Shown here piece after piece: positions 22,790-35,866 of a DNA stretch of 64,000 nt (position 1 is the stretch's first letter; each line of letters begins with the position of its first letter). The notes beneath the pieces are model-generated. The model was given only the letters and a program-made list of their open reading frames with translations. It ran no database searches and was not told where the DNA came from. The position numbers were made by a program, and so were the translations under genes. This DNA comes from Octopus bimaculoides (Eukaryota). The stretch spans positions 65,213,541 through 65,277,540 of the forward strand of contig NC_068983.1 of the NCBI RefSeq assembly GCF_001194135.2, in the 5' to 3' direction.

Positions 22790-24499
22790 TTTTATTCTTA
22801 TTTCAGTGTCTTGACTGCGGCAATACTGGAGCACCGCGTTGTTTTATATATATATATAATCTATTCAAAATTTTACTTCATTTCATTTTATTTGTACTTG
22901 TATAGCTTCAATGACTTCATATCTTGATTCGAAATTATTTTGGTGCAGATAAAAAAAATAGGTTCCGCCTATTGTGGTTCTAGAAAGTTAAGAAACTTAA
23001 AACTTGTTTTCTTTACTGGGTTTGAAATAATGTTATTAGTACCCTTGATGCTACTGTTCTAATAAAAATTGTAGATATTATTTTTCGTAATTATAATACA
23101 AAAACACTGCACACATACACAGACACATTCACATAAACACGCACATACAAACATAAGCATACACGCATATAGATACGGTCTATCGCTCTATCAAAGCCTC
23201 TCTCCCACTTCTCTCTGTCTCTTTCACACACATACATACAAACACACATGTTGCACATGCAGCATATATAGGTTAAAATGTGTGGAAAATTTCATTTAAA
23301 AATCAAGATGGACATCTGCTGTTCTCCAGATTCTCAGAGATATCACGAATGATTAATTAAACGTAATTAAAGTATTGAAACAGTGATGCGTTTGGGTAAG
23401 ACACACCACTGGAACTAAGGCAGTCAAGTTAGTCAAATTGCGCTAGATTATACAATACAGTATAGTTCTGATGGTCGTTAGACAGCAAAGTACCGTAAGT
23501 ACTACGTTTATACGTATTACATAATTATCTATATTTGAATTTTATACTTATAGTAGGGAAACAATGTGGAGAACTGTGAAGGAAACAAAGTAAAAATAAA
23601 GTAGAAACGAAGAAACAGACACTAAAACAATTCCACTCTTACAATGATGCAGTGGTTTATGTCTCTGCCTGTATAAGTGTATTTCCGTGTTTGTATTTGT
23701 GTGTGCGCCTGTCTGTATTTGCCTTTGTGTGAATACATTTTTTTTCTTATTTGTTCAAGTTGGTATGTGTTCAATTGCCATTGAATCTATAGTAAATAAG
23801 TTTCACAGAATTACAAGACAAAACATTAAACTGCCATTCTTAGACGCAGTGAAATCAAATGCTCTAGCGCCTAACAATCTGTATAGTTGGCGTTTCCTAA
23901 ACCATAATTGATACTTTAATGGCGTACTGAAGTCTACAGTGTTATAGTCTATGTAAGATTGCCAAGATATGAAGTAAATTCCTGGGTGATTTAAGATTTG
24001 TTGAACAGCTGATGTTTCTATGAAGACTATTTTGTGAAATACACTTACTGTTATAGCTTTTATGTTACTTTAATATTCGTAAATATTGTTGAATATTTCT
24101 TTCGGAAATGTTAGTGCTCGACATTTGTTTATGCAATGATAGTTATCAGAATATCTTCTGGACATATTATGTTAATTCTTCAGATTAAATATAATACAGA
24201 ATACATTAATCAATATCATCTCCCGTCATTTATTTTAATCTCTTCAGACATTCATATAATGATGTGTTTCTGACTAAATGTAAAACTATTTTTATAGCTT
24301 ATACCGAGCTCATAAAGATGTTAGGAGAAAGAAAGAGTTCGAATTCAGAACGAATATGATCAATACGCTATTTATATGATGGTTTACAGGAAAGGTTACA
24401 GACTGGTCATCAATATTTAGTTGATTGCTTGATAAAAGTGATGAAACAAGGGAAATGTACACCTGTAAATAACTCTTATTTGGTAGATAATATACCATC

Positions 24500-24705
24500 C
24501 TTTCTGTTAAAGGCATAAGGCCAAAAATTTTGGGGGACGGGATAGTCAATTGCATCGACTCTCTCGCTGGACATATAATTGATTTAGCGACCCCGAAGAA
24601 CGAAAGTCTAAGTCAACCACGGGATAATATGAAATCAGATGGCCAATCCTCGAAGGGTGCCGATAGGCATTTTACCCTATGTGCTGACGTTTTTGCCAAT
24701 ACACT
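24500..24705 (-). mobile_element. Diverged SINE family A copy
   Basis: Reverse complement reads ggcaaaaacgtcagcac...gtaaaatgcctatcgg...cttcggggtcgctaaat...gtcgatgcaattgact. Confidence 0.7.
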
Positions 24706-24984
24706 ACCTTTGTATACAATATATAATAAACAATACGTATTATATGCAATATGCAATAAAACAGAAAGTACAGGAAACTCTGAGTGCCGTTGCTGAGCAT
24801 CGACAGCAGCGTGTGCATATACATACAGCCTCACCCAAGCATACCTCCTCGTATGTGTAGGTATATAAGACTGTATCACTGCATTGAACGGATCATCAGA
24901 AACTGTTATACACCGCTAGTAATAATGCACCTCCAATTCTGTCATGATTGAGATATTATTTTCCATCGTGACTAAAGTTTCTTA

Positions 24985-25480
24985 ACTAAATCATCTTCCG
25001 TTGTCGTGTAGGCCCTCCAAGTGACCTTTTCTGATCTCTTAGTTACCACTCAGCAACTGCACAGGTTCTTCGTAAACAGCTTACGGAGGTGAGACAAGAG
25101 TTATATCGGGCAATAGTTTTTTTATAATATTCGTTAGCAACCCTCTTATAAATCAGGATGTTATTTGACTCTTTCCAGAATGAGGGCATTTTATCCACTA
25201 TCAAATAGCGATTAAGACGAAAAATGAGGATTGCTCACGGCTCTTCACCTCCGCATTTTAAGATCTTTGTTGTGATGTAACTGTTCCCAGTCGTTTTGTC
25301 CGTTTCCATCCGTTTGAAGACATTTTCAACAACATTGATGAGATTTGGTGGCACTCCTTCCAGCATTTGCGGCGGTAGAATAGCGACCGTTAATGGTGAT
25401 TTAGTAAAGCTTGTTGTAGAAGGATTTGCATACCCCGCCCCTTTTGTCTATAATTGTGAGCCCCTCATCATTTATGAACG
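24985..25480 (-). mobile_element. LINE reverse transcriptase fragment (RTE-like, tentative)
   Basis: VFKRMETDKTTGNSYITTKILKCGGE...MPSFWKESNNILIYKR...NYCPI*LLSHLRKLFTK corresponds to RT domains 0-1 (GKAPG.D / WK / NYRPISLL). Confidence 0.75.
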
Positions 25481-28008
25481 GGGAAGGCAAATGAAAATAT
25501 ACATTATATATTTTCATTTGTCTTGCCCGTTCTGGTGTGTGCTGAATTTCCCTGGAGAACATTATTTTCTTCTGTGGTTTTACCGTTGATGGTCGATTTC
25601 TAGCGTAAATGATGTCCACTTAATGGTCATCCCTTCTCACATGTATGGAATATAATTTTTCTGAATTTTCTGAATTTTTTTTATGTTAGGCCACTGGTTT
25701 TAAATTGGTGTTAATTAAATTAACATCCAATTTATCACCCTTATTATTCAAATTTTATATATATATATATATAACATATGTAGAATCACATGTATATTAT
25801 TTTCAAATTGCGTAATACATTACATATACATGCACGCGCATGAGAAATCTGAACGGTGTCCGCCGACCAAATCTTCCTTCCTCGCACTTGGCTATGCTGT
25901 CTTATAGTCATCAGATGAAAACTCATAAGTACGAATTTCTTTCATCGAACACTCACTTAAGCATGTGCCAAGCCTGTAAATCTTTTGATATGTAAAGGAT
26001 CTCTGTTACCCTTGAAATTAGTGGATAGGACGATATCGTGCCATGAATGTCAAATGACATCCTAAAGCGTGTCAAAACCGATCGAATCGCCGCATTCCAA
26101 TATAGTGCGCTTGTTACTCCGTCAATGGGTACTTGAATAAATCTTTAAAAAATTGATACTGTATTCGTAATTTACTTTATTCATTATATTCCGGATGCAT
26201 GAGCAGAATATTGTCTTAAAATATTTTAATCACATGTAATGAAGATGATAATGTTTTTGGCTATTGTGATGATGGTAATGACAATAAAGAGCAGCAATAA
26301 GGATAAATATGTTTATGGTTATTAGCAGAATCAATAGTGCATCGCATTGCAAAGCTTTGTGGCATTAATTCCGTCTTTTTACGTTTTGCGTTGAAATTCT
26401 CTAGAGGCGAATTTGGCTTTTTTCCTTGGAATTTCGATAATAACAGGATCAATAATATCAAGTGTAACCTTCCCACCAAAATATATGATTGTGTGCCAAT
26501 GTAAGAAACTATGATTATTAATATTAGTATTAATATAATTATCATTGAAGAGATGATCAATAATTAATTAGTAGAGCGGCGTAAAAAATATGCTTTGTAG
26601 TAGCGATTATGTCTCTCTAAATTCAGCCTTAAAATCCCGCCTGGGTTCCCTTTGTCAGTCAGTTCTGCGGGATCAATAAATTAACAACCATTATTTAAGC
26701 ATTCTGTTATATGTGATCCAGCAGTTTTTAATTAGTTTAGAAAAAACAGTAGTTTGTCGAATATGTAGGGTCTCTATCAATATGCATGGTAGTATTGATT
26801 CCTTTTCACCTTTGCATTTCAAATCCACCCAGAGTCAGCTTCTTTGTTTTCTAACCTGGATAGAATAAAAAGAATGTCTAGTACGGATTCGATTTTCATC
26901 AATTTATGTTCTCTGAAATTGTGTACGGTTTTGCCATTGTAAGAAAATTTATTAAAAGTAGTATCAGAAAGAGTAGAAGTAGCAACAGGTGCAGCAACAG
27001 GTTCTGCAGTCGAAGCAGTGATTGGAGAAGAGGTGGAATCACAAGGAGTATTAGTATGAAAGTGGTGAAATTACAAAGATTTGAGGTCACTGAAAAATCC
27101 CCTTACGTTATTTTCACACAAGCTTTCTTGTTAGTTTCACAAAATCTTTATGCCGAATTCGTCATTTAACACTTAAAACAATTGATGGAAATTTAGTCAC
27201 GCAATGTACATACTTTATTTTGGTCGACTTAATTATACGCCACTTGACTTGGAACCTGTCGCCTGAGTCAGTACCGGCCCACCTGCCAACTGATAGGCCG
27301 ATTAGAAAAGAAAGGCATCCAAGTAGTAGAAAAGGACATTTCCTTTGTAGATATGTCAGCTATGTACATAAATCTTCAACGCCGAGAAAGAATAAGAGGT
27401 TTTGTTCTGTTTATAATGCCCCGAGCTAGCAAGACGTGAGACAAGATGTCGACCATCAATCCCACAACACGTGTCTCTTTGTGAGTGAGAGTGTGTGCGT
27501 TTGTGTTACGTGTGCTACATTTAAATACATATAATATACAAACGCAAAACAAAAAAAAATAGGACAAAAATCACACACACACACACACGTACTTATAGAT
27601 ACATTATGATTACATCAGTACTGACTACTCAGTTAAAAAAAGGTAATGCAATGTGGTATATCTATGTTTATAAAATAATACATACTAGACGTTCTCTAAC
27701 GCCGACTTCAAACCTCTTGTCATCTTGACATTCACGAGAAAACGTGTTTAATACGTCTCCAGTTTCCCAGAAAGATATTTCGAAAACTTATTTATTTCTA
27801 TTTCCGTTATGAATAAATGAACTATTTCACCTGAAAGCAATAATGAAATCTGAATAATTATTCTGGAAAATTAAATATAGTAATGTATCAAAGTTAGAAA
27901 ACAGAGAAGAAAAGAATGGGGATTAATATATACACACAAAAATACAGAGGAGAGAGAAGAAAAAAGTTAGATGAAACTAAATAACAAAAAAATAAGAGGT
28001 ATACTCAC

Positions 28009-28100
28009 TCCGTATTCATGCAGACATGTGTTTGCATGGTGACGGATAAAGATTCTATGAAATTTTCATTTGTTAGACTCTTCTCAAAATGCCTATACTT
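28009..28100 (-). CDS. Candidate exon, minus-strand model (KYRHFEKSLTNENFIESLSVTMQTHVCMNT)
   Basis: Acceptor caggattttcag, consensus donor GA|gtgagt, open frame, phase 0 to 2. Confidence 0.35.
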
Positions 28101-28340
28101 CTGAAAATCCTGACTTGTTTTCTAGCTACAGAGCTTGATTGTGCAGATTGTTTACAATGAAACATTATTCTACCATTCGATGACCGTGTTTTATTTATAT
28201 TCCTCGAGATCCTTCATATTTCAATCATCTTCCATTTAATTATGTGACGGAATTTCTTTTTACTAATTCATAAATTCAATCGAATACTTTGTTGTGTTTC
28301 TTTGTTTAATGTTTCAAAATAACGCTGTATACAATATATA

Positions 28341-28625
28341 CCAGGTACGCACTGGGGTCGATGTAATCGACTTAATTCCTTTGTCTGTCCTTGTTTGTCC
28401 CCTCTGTGTTTAGCCCGTTGTGGGCAATAAAGAAATAAGAAACGTCTGCACGCCGGGTGAAATGCCTAGCGGTATTTCGTCTGTCTTTGCGTTCTGAGTT
28501 CAAATTCCACCGAGGTCGACTTTGCCTTTCATCCTTTTGGGGTCGATGAATTAAGTACCAGTTGCGTACTGCGGTCGATCTAATCGACTGGCCCCTCCCA
28601 AAAAGGACCTAGAGTAGAAAAGATT
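28341..28625 (+). mobile_element. Well-preserved SINE family A, partial unit followed by a near-complete unit
   Basis: The block tacca.tt/g.cg.actg.ggtcgat.taatcgact occurs at ~28340 and ~28556; the internal pol III-like box gagttcaaattcc lies at ~28497. Confidence 0.85.
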
Positions 28626-29944
28626 ATTTTGCTATTAGACTATAACCAAAATTGCAAAAGAAAAACTAAAACCACCTTTCTCCATCGATCATTATGATTT
28701 CATAGTTTCATCGGCAGCATTTGAAATCATATTTGCATCTGTACATCTTTCTTTTTATGTATTATTGTCGTCATTTCTTGTATGTAGATTTTATCGCCTA
28801 GATTTATGTTGAAATTGTAGCTGACATCTTGAATTGGGTCGCTTGATTCTTATGTCACTTTTAGTCTGGTAATATATTTTATGACGTATGTATGCTGTAT
28901 GCAGGTGTCATGTAGCCTTGTGCTATGTTAAGAACAATACTTCCAACATTAGTTATTTCGATCTAGGTTTTACTAATGTTATTAATTTTCTTCTTTATTT
29001 TATATTATTTTCCTTATTAACAATTCTTACTACTGCTTGTTCAACAAAAGTGCGTCGTCTATAGAATGAAAGAAATTATTAACTTAATTTAGATTTGTCG
29101 GAAACGACTTCACGGTACGTTATAGCTTCCACAACTTTTCTATTCTGGAATATTCATTGAATCTATAAGCTTATATGTAGAATGAAAAATTTCGACTATG
29201 AGTCAGGAGCAGCTAAGACATTGACATTTTAAAGGGATTATAAATCTGATTTATTGACAGTATAAATATACTCTTCGGGAATTATAGTCATATTTTTGCA
29301 TATTTTTAACGCGTACAACAATTAAATTTAAATCTGTAATATTTTGCCATATGTGCTTTCTCACAACGAATATGCAAAACATGATGATACTGACACAAAT
29401 TAGGCAGAAATTTGAGGACGAAGGAGTCATTTACACTGTTCGGGAAAAAATTGAATGTAGTTTCTTGAGAAATAAACATCATTGTGCATTTCTCCAGTCT
29501 TCTAACCAGCGAGTATTAACCATTCTCAACCCATCTCTCTCTCTATCTATCTATCTCTCTCTCTTTCTCTCTCTCTCTCAATCACTCCCTCTCTTGCACA
29601 CATAATGAATATTTGTTTATCTTTGATATCCTTCTTCATTGTTTATTGTAAATACATTATACGTGCGTGTGTATGTGTGTGTGTGTGTGTGCATGTGAGT
29701 GTGAAAGAGAGTGTACATAAGTGTACGATTATGTATGTATTGTTTAAATATATCTAAGCGTGTGTATTTCTGTGTATACATATATGAGTATGTGCGGGTG
29801 TATGGTGTGTGTGTGAGTGTGTCTGTGTGTGTGTGTTGACGCGTGGGCGTGTGTGTGTGTATGTGGATAAGTAATAGTCTTTCTATGGATACTTTCAGAC
29901 TGTGTTATTAATAAAATATTCTAATTCCTTATTCCTATTTTCAG

Positions 29945-30054
29945 GGGTCTTTTGGGCAATTGGATAAAGCATTAACATTCATAAATCGACTTGTCAAACA
30001 ATGCTTACAGACCGTTCTGCTTGTGAAGGATTTTATGGCCCTAATAGGGTTCCA
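29945..30054 (+). CDS. Candidate exon running into a gap, plus-strand model (GSFGQLDKALTFINRLVKQCLQTVLLVKDFMALIGF...)
   Basis: Strong acceptor attcctattttcag; open only in phase 0, compatible with 21266-21382. Confidence 0.35.
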
Positions 30055-30879
30055 NNNNNNNNNNNNNNNNNNNNNNNNNNNNNNNNNNNNNNNNNNNNNN
30101 NNNNNNNNNNNNNNNNNNNNNNNNNNNNNNNNNNNNNNNNNNNNNNNNNNNNNNNNNNNNNNNNNNNNNNNNNNNNNNNNNNNNNNNNNNNNNNNNNNNN
30201 NNNNNNNNNNNNNNNNNNNNNNNNNNNNNNNNNNNNNNNNNNNNNNNNNNNNNNNNNNNNNNNNNNNNNNNNNNNNNNNNNNNNNNNNNNNNNNNNNNNN
30301 NNNNNNNNNNNNNNNNNNNNNNNNNNNNNNNNNNNNNNNNNNNNNNNNNNNNNNNNNNNNNNNNNNNNNNNNNNNNNNNNNNNNNNNNNNNNNNNNNNNN
30401 NNNNNNNNNNNNNNNNNNNNNNNNNNNNNNNNNNNNNNNNNNNNNNNNNNNNNNNNNNNNNNNNNNNNNNNNNNNNNNNNNNNNNNNNNNNNNNNNNNNN
30501 NNNNNNNNNNNNNNNNNNNNNNNNNNNNNNNNNNNNNNNNNNNNNNNNNNNNNNNNNNNNNNNNNNNNNNNNNNNNNNNNNNNNNNNNNNNNNNNNNNNN
30601 NNNNNNNNNNNNNNNNNNNNNNNNNNNNNNNNNNNNNNNNNNNNNNNNNNNNNNNNNNNNNNNNNNNNNNNNNNNNNNNNNNNNNNNNNNNNNNNNNNNN
30701 NNNNNNNNNNNNNNNNNNNNNNNNNNNNNNNNNNNNNNNNNNNNNNNNNNNNNNNNNNNNNNNNNNNNNNNNNNNNNNNNNNNNNNNNNNNNNNNNNNNN
30801 NNNNNNNNNNNNNNNNNNNNNNNNNNNNNNNNNNNNNNNNNNNNNNNNNNNNNNNNNNNNNNNNNNNNNNNNNNNNNNN
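30055..30879. other. Assembly gap
   Basis: Run of N. Confidence 1.
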
Positions 30880-30924
30880 TATATATATATATATACATAT
30901 GTATGTATGTATGTATGTATGTAT

Positions 30925-31045
30925 ACGATAGGCGTTTGTATCTAGCAAATCCACTCACAATGCTTTGGCTGGCCTGAGGTTTTAATATGACACCCACCGA
31001 TTGTGTCACGCAGTGGGACTCAATCCGGAATCATGTGGTCTGGAA
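30925..31045 (-). mobile_element. SINE family B fragment (gtgagtggattt..tagac type)
   Basis: caaatccactcacaatgctttgg...gcagtgggactcaatcc matches 48620-48730. Confidence 0.7.
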
Positions 31046-32034
31046 AGAAGCTTTTTCAGATAGATGTCGCAATGTTTTATTATACGACGATTAAATTCCT
31101 TTTCTTTTTTGTTTTGTTTTTTTTGCTGATTCTGATCTCTGTATCAATTTTTATTTAACGTTTGGTAATTAATATATATTCCCTAGTTACTTTTTGCATT
31201 TTATTAATTTCTTTTTTTTTTTTTTTTTTTTTTTTTGCTGATTACATCTGAAATATAATTGCTGTTGTGACCACTAATATTTTGATATCTACCTAATTTA
31301 TTATTTTGAATGCTGCTGATTATAATTGCATGAGTACTCAAAGGGAATTGTTGCATTAGTGTGTGTGATGTAACGGTCTGAGATCTGATGATTGTAGTTT
31401 ACATATATACATTGATGGCATATTACATTAATTGTCTGAAATACCTTCGCTAATTTGCTATTTTGCGCACTTCTTTGTTAATATACAAGCATTTTATTGT
31501 ACTAAATACGATTTTATAGTTAAGCGTGACATTCTCTTGCGAGTTTAAACATCGGATTCATGAATTCCAAATCAAAATGGATCAACATTTTATATTATGC
31601 AATGTTCAAAAGTATCTGAGTATCCCATTTTAACTGTCTGTTTTATGCAATATTTCATATATCTACCATGCATTAACGCTATAAAATTGACAAAAAGTTT
31701 GAAATCTGCAACCAATAGTTCAGAATGAACAAATCAATAATAACACAACGAAAGGATTATATATACTCTGTGATGAGTTTAAACCATTGATATGACATAT
31801 CTGTAGGTGAACAGCTTGAAAGACGAGGTTTTGAATTTTTGTCTAGTAAAGGTGATATAAATAAGTCAGTCATAGTATTAAAACGAAACATTATTTAATA
31901 GGTATCACCCTGATAAATCAGCAGACCAGACTATACAAAACCCCCAAAACAAGTCCTTATCGTTACAGCATGTGAATTATCTTGAAGGACTATAAAATTT
32001 ATGTAGCTGTATGAGTTCAATTTTTGGCTCTAGA

Positions 32035-32190
32035 GCAGCAAATTTGGGAGATGTGGTAAGTTGATATTATCCACCCTGAAACAATGAATGGCAAATTCGA
32101 CCACATCGGAATTTGAATTCAGATTGAAAAGTGGTCGTAATGCCCCTAATCATTTTGCTCAGTGTGCTAACGATTCTGCCAGCTCAACCC
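32035..32190 (-). mobile_element. SINE family A copy (diverged)
   Basis: Ends gctaacgattctgccagctc (reverse complement of the family head); ggaatttgaattcag is the reversed internal box. Confidence 0.7.
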
Positions 32191-32584
32191 CTTACGGAAT
32201 AGATTAAAATGACGTAAACATGTCGTAAAACAGATATTAAAATTTAGTATTGTTTTCCCTTATTAAGAGGTAGGATTTGAACACGGAGCATACTAAACCG
32301 AAACAAATATCGAATGTCATCAACAATAGCAGTCAAATATTACGGCAAGTGATTATTTCGATGGTATTTAAATTATTTTCACCTGCTAGTTGAACAGCAA
32401 AGTATCAAAATGAATATCGCCAAATGTTTTACTCGATCTCCAAATGAATCTGTAGATTCTAAATATACACATCATAACACGCATGTGGGGCAACAAAAAG
32501 CATATGCAAGTATTCACATATAAACATAAATGTTTTATGCATATCTATGAATAATAATACAGATATAAATAGGCAGGAACTCAC

Positions 32585-32629
32585 GTAGAACATTAAGCTA
32601 AATGTTACAAACGTATATAACATTGTTGT
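32585..32629 (-). CDS. Candidate 45-nt exon (TTMLYTFVTFSLMFY)
   Basis: Acceptor ccctcttaccctgactag, donor TAC|gtgagt; open only in phase 0-0, compatible with 28009-28100. Confidence 0.25.
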
Positions 32630-32869
32630 CTAGTCAGGGTAAGAGGGTTACAATGATAAATGCAAATTAGGCAACGGTGTCGTGCGGATGTAGATAAGCT
32701 TTTGCATATCTACATTCTGAACGGTAATTTAGTATAGAATATTTAATAAATAGTATACATAAATATCTAATTGCACATAAATTCCAAGGTCTAATTATCC
32801 GTAAATATAACCTAGACGAATAGATAAACACACAAGCACACACGCACTCAAACACACACACACATGCGT

Positions 32870-32937
<68 letters not shown>

Positions 32938-33058
32938 AATGCATACATTGTATACATGTGTATTTGTGTTCCATTGTGTATAGTGCATACACATGAGTGA
33001 GAAGAGAGAGAGGAAGAGACAACATTTCACAGAAACACACACATACACACACACACTA

Positions 33059-33105
<47 letters not shown>

Positions 33106-33539
33106 AACACATCTAGATGTATGGATAATAGCACGGAAAAATAGTTAAAGCAACAATCAACAGATAGATAGATAGATAGATATCTTATATACAGGGAGTG
33201 AGAGGATAAATATTAGCTGTATACTGCTATAAGGAACAAAATCATAAAATAGATGAAATAGATAAACGATTTATGTATAAAAATTATACTGAGTATAGTT
33301 TTATAGAACACGTGTTTGTTATTACCTTCCCTGCGCACACGTCTTATACGTAGACTATGTTCTCAGTGCGCGCTCGAAAATGCACTAAAACAAACTATGC
33401 ATATATGTATTTTTATTTGCTTATTTTGATCACAATCTCAATTTCACGTTGATGCCAAAAATATGCCTTTCATAAACTTGCACTAATATACAAACCAAAT
33501 ATTACTATTAGTTCATTCGTCCTTTCCCCTTTTCCAATA

Positions 33540-34510
33540 TCAGGGGGTGGCGATGAAGTGAGATGGGGAAGGGAGAAGGTGGGTAGGAGTGAGGAGAAGA
33601 AAGAAGGAGAGTAGGAGTAAAGAGAAGAAGTTGGAGTCAGAGCAAGAGTAGAGAGGTGGGTGGGAGGATATAGGTGTGAGAAGTCAGAGGAGGGTTAGAT
33701 GAAGAAGGGAGGAGAGTTGAGACCATGTGGCGCAAAGAAGCGAAGAGAGAAGATTAATCACTAGAGCGGAAATGGTGTGAGATCCGGGTATCATTGCCGA
33801 TTCGGATGTCTCGGAGGCGTTCCACGAACCGGTCAGCCAAGAGACGTCCCGTTTACCCGATGTTTAGAGAAGGGCAGACAGAGCATGAGATACAGTACAT
33901 GACTTTGTAGATGTGCAGGTGAAGGACCCTGTGATATGATAGGGTCGATGATGGGTGTCAGTGAGGAGGGTGGTGTTGGAGAGGTATGGGCAAGTGCGGC
34001 AGCGTGGGCGAGAGTAGGGGAACGAGCCGGGTTGGGAGGTTGCGTTAGGGAAGACGCTGTGGACCAAGAGGTCTCGTAGGTTGTGGGCTCGTTTGAGGGA
34101 GGGGAGAGGTCGGTTAGGGAAGGTGTGCGAAGAAGAGGGTCGGAATGGAGTCATTAGAAGGCTAGGAGAATAGTGCGTGGAGAGGTAAGATTGTGGGGTG
34201 GTAGGTGGGGGGAACGGGGGACAGGAGACGGGAGCTCGCGGGGTGGGTGCGGGGTGAGAGAGCAGATTCACGGTCGACGGAACGTGCTCTGGCAAGGGCG
34301 GTGTGGATAGTGACGAGGAGATATCCACGTAGGATGAAGTGGCGTGCTATGAGTTGAGACTGAGTCTCAAAGGCATGGTCGTCACTGCAGAGCCTGCGTA
34401 GTCATAGGAATTGGGAATAGGGGATGGAAAGCTTGGTGTGTTTAGGGTGAGAGGAGGATAATATGAGTTATGAATGTTAGCCTGTGTGTTTGTAGTCCAT
34501 GGAGGTGGTG
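33540..34510 (-). mobile_element. Penelope-like element relic: RT C-terminus, linker and GIY-YIG
   Basis: SQFL*LRRLCSDDHAFETQ...RGY; PSLKRAHNLRDLLVHS...RPRCRTCPYL; ITGSFTCTS..VMYCISCSVCPSLNIG*TGRLLADRFVERLRDIR; pyrimidine-rich 3' region. Confidence 0.88.
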
Positions 34511-34808
34511 AGAATGATGTGATGAATGCAAAGACATCACAAAAATTCTTCCTCAGAATTTCCCGTTCCTGTTTGTCGACAGTTTTTGGGTGAGAATGGA
34601 ACAAAAATAAGGTTATTTGTGTTCCATTCTCAACCAAAAACTGTCCGATCAAGGGGAGCATGAAACTCCGAGTAACAGTGTTTGTGGGGTCTTTGCAGCT
34701 TTATTAATAAAGTACATGTGTGTGGGGGGTGCGTGTGTATGTGTGTCCGTCCATACATATATATCCATCCGGCCAGTAAATTCATACTTCATAAAACATA
34801 CACACACC

Positions 34809-34896
<88 letters not shown>

Positions 34897-35815
34897 NNNN
34901 NNNNNNNNNNNNNNNNNNNNNNNNNNNNNNNNNNNNNNNNNNNNNNNNNNNNNNNNNNNNNNNNNNNNNNNNNNNNNNNNNNNNNNNNNNNNNNNNNNNN
35001 NNNNNNNNNNNNNNNNNNNNNNNNNNNNNNNNNNNNNNNNNNNNNNNNNNNNNNNNNNNNNNNNNNNNNNNNNNNNNNNNNNNNNNNNNNNNNNNNNNNN
35101 NNNNNNNNNNNNNNNNNNNNNNNNNNNNNNNNNNNNNNNNNNNNNNNNNNNNNNNNNNNNNNNNNNNNNNNNNNNNNNNNNNNNNNNNNNNNNNNNNNNN
35201 NNNNNNNNNNNNNNNNNNNNNNNNNNNNNNNNNNNNNNNNNNNNNNNNNNNNNNNNNNNNNNNNNNNNNNNNNNNNNNNNNNNNNNNNNNNNNNNNNNNN
35301 NNNNNNNNNNNNNNNNNNNNNNNNNNNNNNNNNNNNNNNNNNNNNNNNNNNNNNNNNNNNNNNNNNNNNNNNNNNNNNNNNNNNNNNNNNNNNNNNNNNN
35401 NNNNNNNNNNNNNNNNNNNNNNNNNNNNNNNNNNNNNNNNNNNNNNNNNNNNNNNNNNNNNNNNNNNNNNNNNNNNNNNNNNNNNNNNNNNNNNNNNNNN
35501 NNNNNNNNNNNNNNNNNNNNNNNNNNNNNNNNNNNNNNNNNNNNNNNNNNNNNNNNNNNNNNNNNNNNNNNNNNNNNNNNNNNNNNNNNNNNNNNNNNNN
35601 NNNNNNNNNNNNNNNNNNNNNNNNNNNNNNNNNNNNNNNNNNNNNNNNNNNNNNNNNNNNNNNNNNNNNNNNNNNNNNNNNNNNNNNNNNNNNNNNNNNN
35701 NNNNNNNNNNNNNNNNNNNNNNNNNNNNNNNNNNNNNNNNNNNNNNNNNNNNNNNNNNNNNNNNNNNNNNNNNNNNNNNNNNNNNNNNNNNNNNNNNNNN
35801 NNNNNNNNNNNNNNN
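34897..35815. other. Assembly gap flanked by (TA)n
   Basis: Run of N. Confidence 1.

Positions 35816-35866
<51 letters not shown>

Noticed and set aside
23330-23395. Exon with strong splice sites (gttctccag / TGG|gtaaga)
   Set aside because: Stop codons in all three frames; it could only be non-coding and there is no other support.
25876-25913. Hammerhead-like CUGAUGA-CUAU...AUAG on the minus strand
   Set aside because: The stem is followed by CCAA instead of the essential GAAA, and no stem I or III could be formed.
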